A stretch of DNA of 35,974 nt from a virus (lineage: Duplodnaviria > Caudoviricetes), in the IMG/VR virus record IMGVR_UViG_3300037761_000191, positions 1-35,974 of that record, one strand, 5' to 3'. This document shows, piece by piece, positions 1 through 8,276 of the stretch. Each line of letters opens with the position of its first letter. Positions within the stretch are counted from its first letter, which is position 1. The notes under the pieces were generated by a model. That model was not told the origin of the DNA. It saw only the letters and a list, made by a program, of their open reading frames with translations, and searched no databases. The position numbers and the translations under genes were made by a program.

Positions 1-125
1 AGGTGGCCTTCGTGCTGGCGTGGACCGGGACGGCAACCGGCCGGCGGATGGAGCAGGCGCGGCAGCTGGTCGAGGATCTGCCACAGGTGCGGGCCGCGCT
101 GCGCGCCGGTGACATCGACATGCCC
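1..125 (+). pseudogene. Upstream part of interrupted host DUF222 / REP13E12-type (HNH-associated) gene
   Basis: Frame from base 3 reads VAFVLAWTGTATGRRMEQARQLVEDLPQVRAALRAGDIDMP, a typical DUF222 helical segment (LPxVxAALxAGxID). It runs into phage DNA and stops at TAG 144-146. Confidence 0.8.
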
Positions 126-148
126 AACGACCGGTCTTGCCAGTAGCG
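111..148 (+). other. attL (host half + AA core 126-127 + phage arm 128-148)
   Basis: Arm 128-148 (cgaccggtcttgccagtagcg) is a 17/21 inverted match to 35827-35847. The AA core is shared with attR. Confidence 0.9.
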
Positions 149-154
149 TACACT
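149..154 (+). promoter_or_regulatory. Putative -10 box (TACACT) for a leaderless integrase transcript
   Basis: TACACT is followed by 7 nt and then the ATG at 162. There is no SD sequence, and the box abuts the attL phage arm. Confidence 0.5.
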
Positions 155-161
155 ACCGGGC

Positions 162-1613
162 ATGACCCCCAGCCCCCCCACCGGCCGCGAATACCTACGG
201 GTGTCCAAGGACCGGACCGGGCAGGCCCGGTCGGTGACCGAGCAGGCCGACGACAACCAGCGCCACGCCCACCAGCGAGGCGTGCACCTCCTGGATCCCT
301 ACGCCGAACCGAAGGCGGTCGGCGCGTCCCGCTACAGCCGCAAGACCCGCGCTGGGTTCGCCCAGCTGGTCGCCGACCTGAAGGCCGGCGGGTTCGCCGC
401 CGAACAGCTGTGGCTGTGGGAGTCGTCCCGCGGCTCCCGGAAGGTCTCCGAGTGGGTCGAGCTGGTTGAGGCGCTCGAACAGGCCGCCGTGAGTGTGTAC
501 GTCACCAGCCACGGCCGGCTCTACGACCCGCGGGTTCCCCGCGACCGGCGCTCACTGCTCGAAGATGCCGTCGACAGCGAGTACGAGACCGGAAAGTCCA
601 GTCAGCGTACCCGCCGGGCTCACGCTGCCCTAGCAGCCGCCGGCCGGCCCAACGGCGCCGCCCCATTCGGGTTCATCAGGACCTACAACCCGGCCACCCG
701 GCAGGGCACCCAGACGATCGTCGCCGACGAGGCCGCGGTCGTGCGGGAGATGTTCACCCGGGTCGCCGCCGGTGAGTCGCTACGCGCGATCTCCCGCGAC
801 CTGACCGACCGCGGCATCCGCTCCCGCACCGGCAAGGTGTTCACCGTCCAGTACGTGCGGCGGATGCTGCTGCGGGAGTCGTACGCCGGGTTGCGGGTCC
901 ACCGGCCTGCCGACGGCCCGGCCACCACCGTGGCAGGAACCTGGCCGGTGATCGTCGACCGGGCGCTGTTCGAGCGGGTCCAGCGGATCCTGACCGACCC
1001 GGGACGCAAGACCCGCCGACCCGGCCGGGCCGTCCACCTCCTGTCCCTGATCGCCGTCTGCGACGTGTGCGGCGACGGGCTGATCGCCGTACAGCACCAC
1101 GGCGCCTGGATCTACCGGTGCCGCGGCAAGGGGCACGTCACCTGTCCGGAGGCGGATCTGGATCGCCACGTCGAGAAGGTGATGTTCGCCTACCTGGCCC
1201 GGCCTGACGTTTCCGCCAAGCTGGCCGCCGCCACCGCCACCGGCTCAGACCTCGACCGGGTACGAGACGAGGTCGCAGCCGTCCGCGCCCAGCTCGACGA
1301 CCTGTACACCCAGGTGGCCACCCGCCGGCTGACCCCCGGCGCGCTGGCCGCGGTCGAACCCCGCCTGGTCGCACAGCTCGAGACCCTGCAGCGGCAGGAG
1401 GTGGAGCTGTCCGCACCGCCGGCGCTGGTGGCGCTGATCCGCCCCGGGCGCGGCGCGCCACGCCGGTGGCGGGCGCTGGCGGTGCCGGCCCGGCGGGAGG
1501 TTGCCCGGATGTTGTTGGCGCCGGATCTGCTCGGGCAGGTCCGGGTGGGCCGGTGTCCGGTGCGTGGCCAGCGGTGCCCGGTAGAGGAGAGGACAAAGTT
1601 CAGTCATGGTTGA
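162..1613 (+). CDS. int: Large serine recombinase (phage integrase)
   Basis: N-terminal YLRVS catalytic-Ser motif and ESSRGSR, recombinase domain (APFGF...GESLRAISRDL...WPVIVD), Zn ribbon CDVCG...YRC...C, then a coiled coil. 483 aa. Confidence 0.95.
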   Translation: MTPSPPTGREYLRVSKDRTGQARSVTEQADDNQRHAHQRGVHLLDPYAEPKAVGASRYSRKTRAGFAQLVADLKAGGFAAEQLWLWESSRGSRKVSEWVELVEALEQAAVSVYVTSHGRLYDPRVPRDRRSLLEDAVDSEYETGKSSQRTRRAHAALAAAGRPNGAAPFGFIRTYNPATRQGTQTIVADEAAVVREMFTRVAAGESLRAISRDLTDRGIRSRTGKVFTVQYVRRMLLRESYAGLRVHRPADGPATTVAGTWPVIVDRALFERVQRILTDPGRKTRRPGRAVHLLSLIAVCDVCGDGLIAVQHHGAWIYRCRGKGHVTCPEADLDRHVEKVMFAYLARPDVSAKLAAATATGSDLDRVRDEVAAVRAQLDDLYTQVATRRLTPGALAAVEPRLVAQLETLQRQEVELSAPPALVALIRPGRGAPRRWRALAVPARREVARMLLAPDLLGQVRVGRCPVRGQRCPVEERTKFSHG

Positions 1614-1863
1614 GTCGAAAGTCAAGATTGTCTGCACCGACCGGGGGCAGCACCCCCGCGCGGCGCTGGACAACCTCATGGTCACGACTGGTGCCGACCA
1701 GACGAAGGAGCAGGACCTGGCCACCGGTTTGCGGGCGCGCTGCCCGCGGTGTCTCCGCAACCCGGTTTGGCGCAGGGAGAAGGCCGCTGCCATCCTGGCC
1801 GGCGCGGTCGAGGCCGGGATGGCGACCCTCGACATCAGTTACCTGGAGCGGAACCATGGTTGA
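1606..1863 (+). CDS. Small putative Zn-binding protein, paralogue 1
   Basis: CTDRGQH...CPRC motif. Start overlaps the integrase stop (catggttga). Confidence 0.7.
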   Translation: MVESKVKIVCTDRGQHPRAALDNLMVTTGADQTKEQDLATGLRARCPRCLRNPVWRREKAAAILAGAVEAGMATLDISYLERNHG

Positions 1864-2134
1864 CAGGACTGACCCGGAAGCCCTACGAGCCGTAGTCAAG
1901 TCGGTCTTGCTGGTTTGTACCAACCGGGGGCAGCACCCGCGTACCGCGTTTGGTGACATGCTCCTCAGCTCCGGCGGTGATGTTGTAGTCGTGCGTGGCT
2001 CGGTCGTCGAGTGGGGGGCCTCGGAGAAGACCCGTCGCCCGATGATCGAGAAAAGTGGCTACATACTGAGGGAGTATCAGAATTCCAGTATCCAGATCCG
2101 CTGCCCGCGGTGTCTCCGCAACCCGGTTTGGCGC
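1738..2134 (+). repeat. Exact 36-bp direct repeat (1738-1773 and 2099-2134)
   Basis: cgctgcccgcggtgtctccgcaacccggtttggcgc occurs in both paralogues. Confidence 0.95.
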
Positions 2135-2212
2135 CGGGAAAAGGCCGCGGTATACGCAGCCCGGGCCATCGCAGCCGGGATCTCGACCCTGGACATTAGC
2201 TTCTACGGCTGA
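1856..2212 (+). CDS. Small putative Zn-binding protein, paralogue 2 (118 aa)
   Basis: CTNRGQH...CPRC motif. ATG 1856 is in the same catggttga overlap, and 36 bp are identical to paralogue 1. Confidence 0.7.
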   Translation: MVDRTDPEALRAVVKSVLLVCTNRGQHPRTAFGDMLLSSGGDVVVVRGSVVEWGASEKTRRPMIEKSGYILREYQNSSIQIRCPRCLRNPVWRREKAAVYAARAIAAGISTLDISFYG

Positions 2213-2214
2213 GC

Positions 2215-2223
2215 TGCTACACT
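2215..2223 (+). promoter_or_regulatory. Putative extended -10 promoter (TGc-TACACT) for the RDF/replication operon
   Basis: TGN-TANNNT at the start of a 111-bp intergenic gap, with the same TACACT hexamer as at 149. Confidence 0.5.
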
Positions 2224-2323
2224 GCTCGAAGCTGGCTGCTCGCTGGGTCCGGCAGCTGAAACACCTGATCCAGGCATTCCCGTTCACCGACGGGGGCGGT
2301 TCACCGTTGCCTGGAGACCCCAA

Positions 2324-2515
2324 ATGTCCACTTCCACCGGAGTCCTCGACGACCCGGTCTGGCGCCGCGAGCGTGCCCGGAAAGCCGGCCTCGCGCGCAC
2401 CACCACCGACTACCTGGTCGCACAGATTGTCGAGCGCGCGCCCCAGCTGACCGATGAGCAAGCCGCGTTCCTGGCCGGCATCCTCGCTGGCCGCGGCAAG
2501 GCTGGCCGGCGATGA
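2324..2515 (+). CDS. Probable recombination directionality factor, phiRv1 Rv1584c-like
   Basis: DYLVAQIVERAPQLTDEQAAFLAGIL resembles the recalled Rv1584c pattern DYL...APPLTDEQR.RLAELL. 63 aa, GGAG SD, close to the integrase. Confidence 0.7.
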   Translation: MSTSTGVLDDPVWRRERARKAGLARTTTDYLVAQIVERAPQLTDEQAAFLAGILAGRGKAGRR

Positions 2516-2850
2516 GGGACGCCCCGGCCAGTCAGCCGGCGGGGCGCCCAAATCAGAGCATACCGGGCTTGTCCACGCTGTGCACCGACTGCGGCATCGA
2601 CACCCTCCCCGTAGACGCCCCGCGGGCCGAGTACTACATGATCCGGCGCGACCTGTGGCGACACCACTGCTCCGACGCACGGTTCCTCTGCATCGGCTGC
2701 CTTGAATCCCGGATCGGACGCGAGCTGACCGGCTGGGACTTCATCGACGCCCCGGTCAACGATCTTCGCCTCCGCGAGGGCCGCTACGCCTGGTCGTGGC
2801 GCACACCGCGGCTGGTCGACCGGCTCGGTCGGTGGGGTGGCACGCCATGA
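2512..2850 (+). CDS. Conserved actinophage Cys-rich hypothetical protein
   Basis: CTDCGIDT...EYYMI...LCIGCLESRIGRELT..DF.DAPVN. ATGA overlaps at both ends; start uncertain. Confidence 0.7.
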   Translation: MRDAPASQPAGRPNQSIPGLSTLCTDCGIDTLPVDAPRAEYYMIRRDLWRHHCSDARFLCIGCLESRIGRELTGWDFIDAPVNDLRLREGRYAWSWRTPRLVDRLGRWGGTP

Positions 2851-3947
2851 CCGCCAAGAAGAACCCGCCCACCGGGATATGGCTCGCCGCAAGCGAACTG
2901 CTCGGCCGACCCGTACCAACCAGCGAACCGTATCCATGCCTGTGCGGTGTGAAGCTGGCCAACGGGCGGGTCGCCCGGCCGGTCCGCAAGGCCGACGACG
3001 GGACCTGGCGCGGCGACTGCAGCGCGGCCAACCACACCGGCGCGCAGGCCACCCCGCCGCCGAAGCCGGAGATGGGAGCCGACGACTTCGCCAAACTGCT
3101 CGCCACGCTCACCACCGGCACCCCCGCGCCGGAACCAGAGCAGGAACCGATGACCTTCGAACCGGAACCGGACGGCGAGGACCTGGCCACCGCCGTCAAG
3201 CGGATCTGCCGCACCTATTCCGAGTCGTCCGCACGCTCGAAGCAGGCCATGATCGGTCTGTCGGAGATCGGCGAGCCGTGCGACCGGGCCGTCGCCTGGA
3301 AGCTGTTCCAGCAGCCGGCGGTCAACATCGGCCGCGACAAGCACCTCGCCGATGTCGGCACCGCGTGGCACACCTGGCTGGCCGGTGCGTACGAGGCGGA
3401 GAACCGGCGGCTCGGCCGCACCCGGTACCTCATCGAGGAACGCGTGTTCTTGACCGACGGGTACTCGGGTACGTGCGATTTGTTCGATGTGGACACCGGC
3501 CGGGTGTGCGACCACAAGCTGCTGGGTGTCACGTCGCTAGCGGCGATCCGTAGCGGGGACATCCCGGAGAAGTACAGGGTCCAGCTGCACTCGTACGGCT
3601 ACGGCCATGCCCGCGCCGGCCGCAACGTCCGCGAGGTGGCACTCCTCTGCTACCCACGCAGCGACAACTTGGGCGGCGACTTCTCCGGCAAGGGGCTGTT
3701 CGTGCACGTCGAACCGTACGACGAGCGGATCGCCCTGCAAGGGTTGGACCGGCTCGGTCGGCTGTCTGCGTTGCTGCACCAGTTGGACCCGGAGGCCAAC
3801 CCGGACCGCTGGTCGCTGATCCCCGCCACCCCCGGCAAATTCTGCCGGTACTGCCCAAGCTTCCGGCCTGATGGTGGGCCGGCTGACGCCAGCGGATGCC
3901 CGGGCGCACCCGTCGACGTCCCCACAACCATGCCCGGAATCCTGTAA
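2847..3947 (+). CDS. PD-(D/E)XK (Cas4/RecB-like) phage exonuclease
   Basis: SEIGEPCDR, GTAWH, GTCDLFD...DHK, QLHSYG and C-terminal CRYCP...C. ATG 2847 overlaps the upstream stop. Confidence 0.85.
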   Translation: MTAKKNPPTGIWLAASELLGRPVPTSEPYPCLCGVKLANGRVARPVRKADDGTWRGDCSAANHTGAQATPPPKPEMGADDFAKLLATLTTGTPAPEPEQEPMTFEPEPDGEDLATAVKRICRTYSESSARSKQAMIGLSEIGEPCDRAVAWKLFQQPAVNIGRDKHLADVGTAWHTWLAGAYEAENRRLGRTRYLIEERVFLTDGYSGTCDLFDVDTGRVCDHKLLGVTSLAAIRSGDIPEKYRVQLHSYGYGHARAGRNVREVALLCYPRSDNLGGDFSGKGLFVHVEPYDERIALQGLDRLGRLSALLHQLDPEANPDRWSLIPATPGKFCRYCPSFRPDGGPADASGCPGAPVDVPTTMPGIL

Positions 3948-3974
3948 CACAGGGACACTACACAAAGGAGCAAC

Positions 3975-4562
3975 ATGTCCCAGGAATACGACGCCAACGA
4001 CTTCCTCATGGGGGTCGGCATACCCGGCGCGAAGTTCCCGTCGATCGGGTCCAGCATCACCGGCGCGGTGACCAAGGAGCCGGAGCTGATGCAGCAGACC
4101 GACTTCGACACCAACGAGCCGTTGGTGTGGTCGGACGGCCGGCCGCGCATGCACGCCAAGGTGACCCTGCAGACCGAGCAGCGGGACCCGGAGATCGTCG
4201 ACGACGACGGCACCCGCGCGGTGTACGTCAAGGCGAACATGCAGAAGGCGGTCGCCTCGGCGGTCCGCAGCGCCGGCGCGAAGCGGCTGGAGATCGGCGG
4301 CAAGCTGACCGTCACGTACACCGGCGACGGCCAGGCGGTGGGGAAGAAGAACCCCCCGAAGGTCTACTCGGCCAGGTACGAGCCGCCGGACCCGGTGGCG
4401 CAGGCCGCCGACCAGCCGCCAACCGGGGCACCGACCGGGGCACCTGCTGGTGGCCACTACGCCCCGCCGGCCGGGGTCGACCCGGATTCGTGGGCGAAGC
4501 TGTCCGACGACCAGAAGGCGACGCTGCGAGCCGCAATGGGCCAGCAGCAGGCCGCGTTCTGA
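3975..4562 (+). CDS. Actinophage-type ssDNA-binding protein
   Basis: AKFPSIG...QQTDFDT...WSDGRP...DDDGTRAVYVK...GGKLTVTYTGD...KVYSARY with a Pro/Ala-rich tail. AAGGAG SD; follows the exonuclease. Confidence 0.7.
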   Translation: MSQEYDANDFLMGVGIPGAKFPSIGSSITGAVTKEPELMQQTDFDTNEPLVWSDGRPRMHAKVTLQTEQRDPEIVDDDGTRAVYVKANMQKAVASAVRSAGAKRLEIGGKLTVTYTGDGQAVGKKNPPKVYSARYEPPDPVAQAADQPPTGAPTGAPAGGHYAPPAGVDPDSWAKLSDDQKATLRAAMGQQQAAF

Positions 4563-4576
4563 CCGTCCACGGGAAG

Positions 4577-4609
4577 GGGGCCGGGCGCGCCAACACCGCG
4601 CCCGGCCCC
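4577..4609 (+). terminator. GC-rich hairpin after SSB (terminator or processing site)
   Basis: Perfect 13-bp stem ggggccgggcgcg/cgcgcccggcccc with loop ccaacac. No U-tract. Confidence 0.45.
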
Positions 4610-4644
4610 GCCGGCCAGTACACCACGAACAGAGGGACACCGAC

Positions 4645-4893
4645 ATGAACACGAACAGGATGAGCACGCTCGCACTGTGCGAGCTGCTGCTCGCCGTGGT
4701 CGACGAGCTGGACCACCGGGGCCGAGACGCCCTCGGCATCGAGGGGATTGTCAACGGCTGGGGCACCATCACAACCGCGTGGGGCGACCTGCGCCACGAC
4801 GTCGACGGCTGGAGCTTCGTGTGGGACAGCGAGGGTTCGGCTGAACTCGCGCTGCGCGACCGCGGCCACGACTGCACCCCGCAGCTCGTCTGA
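4645..4893 (+). CDS. Hypothetical protein (82 aa)
   Basis: ATG 4645 with GAGGG SD and strong GC3 bias. Confidence 0.6.
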   Translation: MNTNRMSTLALCELLLAVVDELDHRGRDALGIEGIVNGWGTITTAWGDLRHDVDGWSFVWDSEGSAELALRDRGHDCTPQLV

Positions 4894-4984
4894 TCCGCAA
4901 CCGCCCCGGGACCGGAACCGGCCGGCACACCCGCGCCCAAGTCGCGGCGGGGCACCAACAACAACCCGACAGGGAGGAGCCCCC

Positions 4985-5515
4985 GTGGCCCTGGTACGCA
5001 TCGAAGTCGACAGCTTCGACGCCGAGGTTTACTCGTCGTACCACCCGGAACGGGTCGAGATCATCAAAACCATCCCCGGCCGGTCCTGGGACAAGGAAGC
5101 CAAGTTCTGGTCGATCCCCGCCAACCAGGTTCCCTCCCTGGTCATCGCCCTACAGGCCTTCGGCGACACGGTGCAAATCCACCAGCGGCCGCCGGGAGAC
5201 CGCACTCCACCACCAGGCGGTGGCAAAACCACCGACGACCTGCGATCGAAGCTGGCCGCGGCCAAGGAACACAACCGTGACCTGCTGCGGGAGAACCAGC
5301 GGCTGCGCCAGGAGACCCAGCGGGCGCGCCACGAATCCTCGGCACGCCGCTCCAGCTGGGCCGAGGATCTCCTGTCGAAGCTGTCCCCGGAGCAGGCCAG
5401 GCAGGCGTACCGGAAGCTGGCCACGGTTCTCCACCCCGACGTCGGCGGCCCACCCGACCTGATGCGCGACCTCAACGTCGCCAACGACCTGCTCGGCCAG
5501 CGGAGCTGGCGGTGA
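4985..5515 (+). CDS. HARP-like domain + coiled coil + DnaJ-type J-domain protein
   Basis: N-terminal YHPERVEIIKTIPGRSWDKEAKFWSIP (HARP-like) and C-terminal AYRKLATVLHPDVGG...MRDLNVA (J-domain HPD). GGAGGAG SD before GTG 4985. Confidence 0.7.
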   Translation: MALVRIEVDSFDAEVYSSYHPERVEIIKTIPGRSWDKEAKFWSIPANQVPSLVIALQAFGDTVQIHQRPPGDRTPPPGGGKTTDDLRSKLAAAKEHNRDLLRENQRLRQETQRARHESSARRSSWAEDLLSKLSPEQARQAYRKLATVLHPDVGGPPDLMRDLNVANDLLGQRSWR

Positions 5516-8271
5516 CCGGCCCCTACGCAGCCGCCGCCGACGGCTATTGGCAGGCAGGCTGGCGCGGTGTGCTGCCCCTTCCGGCCGGGAAGAAGTCGCC
5601 GCCACCGGACGGGTGGACCGGCCACGGCGCCCCCTACCCTTCCCGTGCCGACCTGCAAGCCTGGATCGAAGACCGCGGCACCGGCAACCTGGCCCTGCGC
5701 CTACCCGCAGACATCCTCGGCATCGACGTCGACGCCTACGGCGACAAACCCGGCGCGGCCACCCTCGCCGAGCTGGAAGCCGAACACGGCCCGCTGCCGG
5801 CCACCTGGATCTCCACCAGCCGTGACGACGGGATCTCCGGGATCCGCCTGTTCCAGGTCCCGGTCGGCGTCAACTGGATCAGCGCGCTACCCGGCATCGA
5901 AACCATCCACGCCGGGCACCGGTACCTGGTCGCCGCCCCCTCGATCCACCCCGACACCGGCCGCAAGTACCGGTGGACCAGCCCCGCCGGCAAAACCGCC
6001 GACCAGGTACCGGTGCCAGCTGGGCTGCCCGAGCTGCCCCTGCCATGGGTGGTCGCCCTGGCCAGGCCGTACGCCCGAGCGCAGGCCAGCGACCTGCACC
6101 AGGCCCAGGCCGTCGCATGGCTCGGACAGCTGCGCGGCGGCGACCCCTGCCCACCCGTCGCCCTCGTTCTCGAACAAGCGGTGCGGCAGCTCACCACCGC
6201 CGGTGGAGGGGCCCGGCACGAGATCGCCCGCGACAGCTCCCGGGCGCTGACCGCATTCGGCGGCGAAGGCCACGCCGGGGTCAGCGGTGCTCTCGGCCAA
6301 CTCGGCCACACGTTCGTCGCCGCAGCCACCAACCCGGCCCGCGGCGACAACACCCGCAACACCGACCAGGCACAAGCCGAATACCGGGACCTCCTCGTCG
6401 GGGCCATCCGGCTCGCCGCGGCAGCCAACCCTCAGCCGGCGCAGGAATGCGACTGCGCCACCGACGACGACCTGTACGACCTCACCGGCCAACAGCGGCC
6501 CGACCAGGATGGCCGGCAGGAGCAGACCACCGACCAGAGCGCCGACCGTGCGGCTGCCGACCCGGTGCGACCCGAGTTGGACGTGACCAACCCGGCGGTC
6601 GCCGCCGACTGGCTACGCAACCACCTCGGACGTGGCCACCTCGCAGGCATGTTCCTGCGCACCTGCGACCTCGTGTTCACCCCCCGCGAAGGCGAAGACG
6701 GGTACGTCCCCCTCACCTGCGGAGAAAAGGACGAAGATGGGCCTGCGCAGATCCGGATCGTGGCAGCACCGGCGCTCGCCGCCGCCGTCTCCTACCGGTA
6801 CAACTGCACCCGGACCACCGTCACCAAGGCCGGCAACGAGACCACCCGGCCGGCGCTGTTCCCCACCACGGCCGCCACCACCGCAGTCAACGCACTGGAC
6901 ATGATGCGCCACCTGCGGCGGCTCCGCGGTGTCGTGCACACCCCGGTGGTAAGAAGCGACGGCAGCATCCTCGACACCGCCGGATACGACCCCGACACCC
7001 GGCTACTCCACCTACCCGACCCCGGCCTGGTCGTGCCGGCGGTGCCGGCGGCCCCCTCGCCGGAGCAGGTGGCAGCCGCAATCGGCCTGCTCGACCAGAT
7101 GATCGCCGGGTTCCCGTTCCTCACCCAACACGACAAGGCCAACTTCCTCGGTGCACTGATCACCCCGCTGCTGCGGCTGCTCACCCCACCCCCGTACAAG
7201 CTGGTCGCAATCGGCGCCAAAATGCCCGGCTCCGGGAAAAGCCTGCTCGCCTCCACCCTGCGGATCGTCCACGGCGGTGTGGTCCGCTCCGAGATGCCAG
7301 AAGACGACGGCGAACTCCGCAAGCAGGTCACCGCGATCCTCGACGTCACCACCGGGCCCGTGATCCAGCTGGACAACGTATCCGGTGTTCTGAACTCCTC
7401 CGTCCTGGCCGGCCTGCTCACCACCGACCGGTGGGACGACCGCCGGCTCGGGGCCACTGAGATGGTGTCCCGGCCGAACGACCGGCTGTGGGTCATCACC
7501 GGCAACAACCTCAACATCGGCGGCGACCTCCCCCGGCGCAGCCTGTGGTGCACCATCGACCCGAACATGCCAGACCCGCACCTGCGTACCGGGTTCGCCA
7601 TCGCCGACTTCGAAACCTGGGTGCGGGAACACCGCGGCCAGATCATCGCCGCCCTGCTCACCCTCGTACAAGGCTGGGTGCGCGCAGGCATGCCGGCACC
7701 GGCACCCGAGCGCAGCGACAGCTACACCCGGTGGATCACCACCCTGCGCGGCATCCTCAGCCACGCCGGTGTCCCCGGCGTCTTCGACCACCCGGACTCG
7801 GCGCAGACGATCGGCGGCGAGGACGAGTGGGGCATCTTCCTGGACGCCGCCCACCGGGTCTTCGGTAACGGGCTGTGGACGGTTCAGCAGTTACTCGATC
7901 GTGTCAACGTGGTACACGCCGCATCGATATCGATCGACGCGCTCCCGGGCGACCTGGCAGAGCGGGCATCGAAGGCAGGCGATCCCAGGGTGGTCACTAG
8001 GTCGCTCGGTATGTGGCTGCGCAACCGGGACGGACGTTGGGTCGGTGACAAGGCGGCTCGCAATCGAGGCCAGAACCGTGATGGCGTACAAATCTGGCAA
8101 ATCGTGACATACGAAAGATCATCTGCGGGGACTGCGGGGACTGCGGGGACTAGCGGGAAGCCTGGCGCGCGAGAGTTTAACCATCCTAGGATGGATGAGA
8201 CCGCCGCTCCGGACACTGGCCGGCAGTCCCCGCAGTCCCCGCAGTCCCCGCAGTCATGGCCGGACTGGTGA
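5512..8271 (+). CDS. Bifunctional primase-polymerase fused to a P-loop helicase-like ATPase
   Basis: Prim-pol motifs (VLPLP..KKSPP, NLALR, GIDVD, YLVAAPSIHP..GRKYRW), Walker A PGSGKS, LDNV, WVITGNN, DLPRR. Confidence 0.88.
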   Translation: MTGPYAAAADGYWQAGWRGVLPLPAGKKSPPPDGWTGHGAPYPSRADLQAWIEDRGTGNLALRLPADILGIDVDAYGDKPGAATLAELEAEHGPLPATWISTSRDDGISGIRLFQVPVGVNWISALPGIETIHAGHRYLVAAPSIHPDTGRKYRWTSPAGKTADQVPVPAGLPELPLPWVVALARPYARAQASDLHQAQAVAWLGQLRGGDPCPPVALVLEQAVRQLTTAGGGARHEIARDSSRALTAFGGEGHAGVSGALGQLGHTFVAAATNPARGDNTRNTDQAQAEYRDLLVGAIRLAAAANPQPAQECDCATDDDLYDLTGQQRPDQDGRQEQTTDQSADRAAADPVRPELDVTNPAVAADWLRNHLGRGHLAGMFLRTCDLVFTPREGEDGYVPLTCGEKDEDGPAQIRIVAAPALAAAVSYRYNCTRTTVTKAGNETTRPALFPTTAATTAVNALDMMRHLRRLRGVVHTPVVRSDGSILDTAGYDPDTRLLHLPDPGLVVPAVPAAPSPEQVAAAIGLLDQMIAGFPFLTQHDKANFLGALITPLLRLLTPPPYKLVAIGAKMPGSGKSLLASTLRIVHGGVVRSEMPEDDGELRKQVTAILDVTTGPVIQLDNVSGVLNSSVLAGLLTTDRWDDRRLGATEMVSRPNDRLWVITGNNLNIGGDLPRRSLWCTIDPNMPDPHLRTGFAIADFETWVREHRGQIIAALLTLVQGWVRAGMPAPAPERSDSYTRWITTLRGILSHAGVPGVFDHPDSAQTIGGEDEWGIFLDAAHRVFGNGLWTVQQLLDRVNVVHAASISIDALPGDLAERASKAGDPRVVTRSLGMWLRNRDGRWVGDKAARNRGQNRDGVQIWQIVTYERSSAGTAGTAGTSGKPGAREFNHPRMDETAAPDTGRQSPQSPQSPQSWPDW
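8123..8253. repeat. Inverted 3x9-bp iteron arrays around a central palindrome (putative replication origin)
   Basis: 8123-8151 (ctgcgggga)x3+ct is the exact reverse complement of 8225-8253. The palindrome ccatcctaggatgg at 8181-8194 lies at the centre. Confidence 0.8.
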
Positions 8272-8276
8272 TCGCC

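Noticed and set aside
1738-2134. Repeat pair as a diversity-generating retroelement TR/VR
   Set aside because: No reverse transcriptase is present, differences are not adenine-specific, and both copies lie in paralogous ORFs.
2847-3947. Cas4-like gene as evidence of CRISPR-Cas
   Set aside because: No array or other cas genes are present. An exonuclease next to SSB is an ordinary phage recombination module.
4422-4445. Tandem ccggggcacc repeat
   Set aside because: It encodes PTGA-PTGA in the flexible SSB linker; ordinary low complexity.
8123-8253. Short repeats as a CRISPR array or a protein repeat
   Set aside because: The 9-bp tandem units have no spacers and form an inverted pair, which fits DNA-level iterons better.
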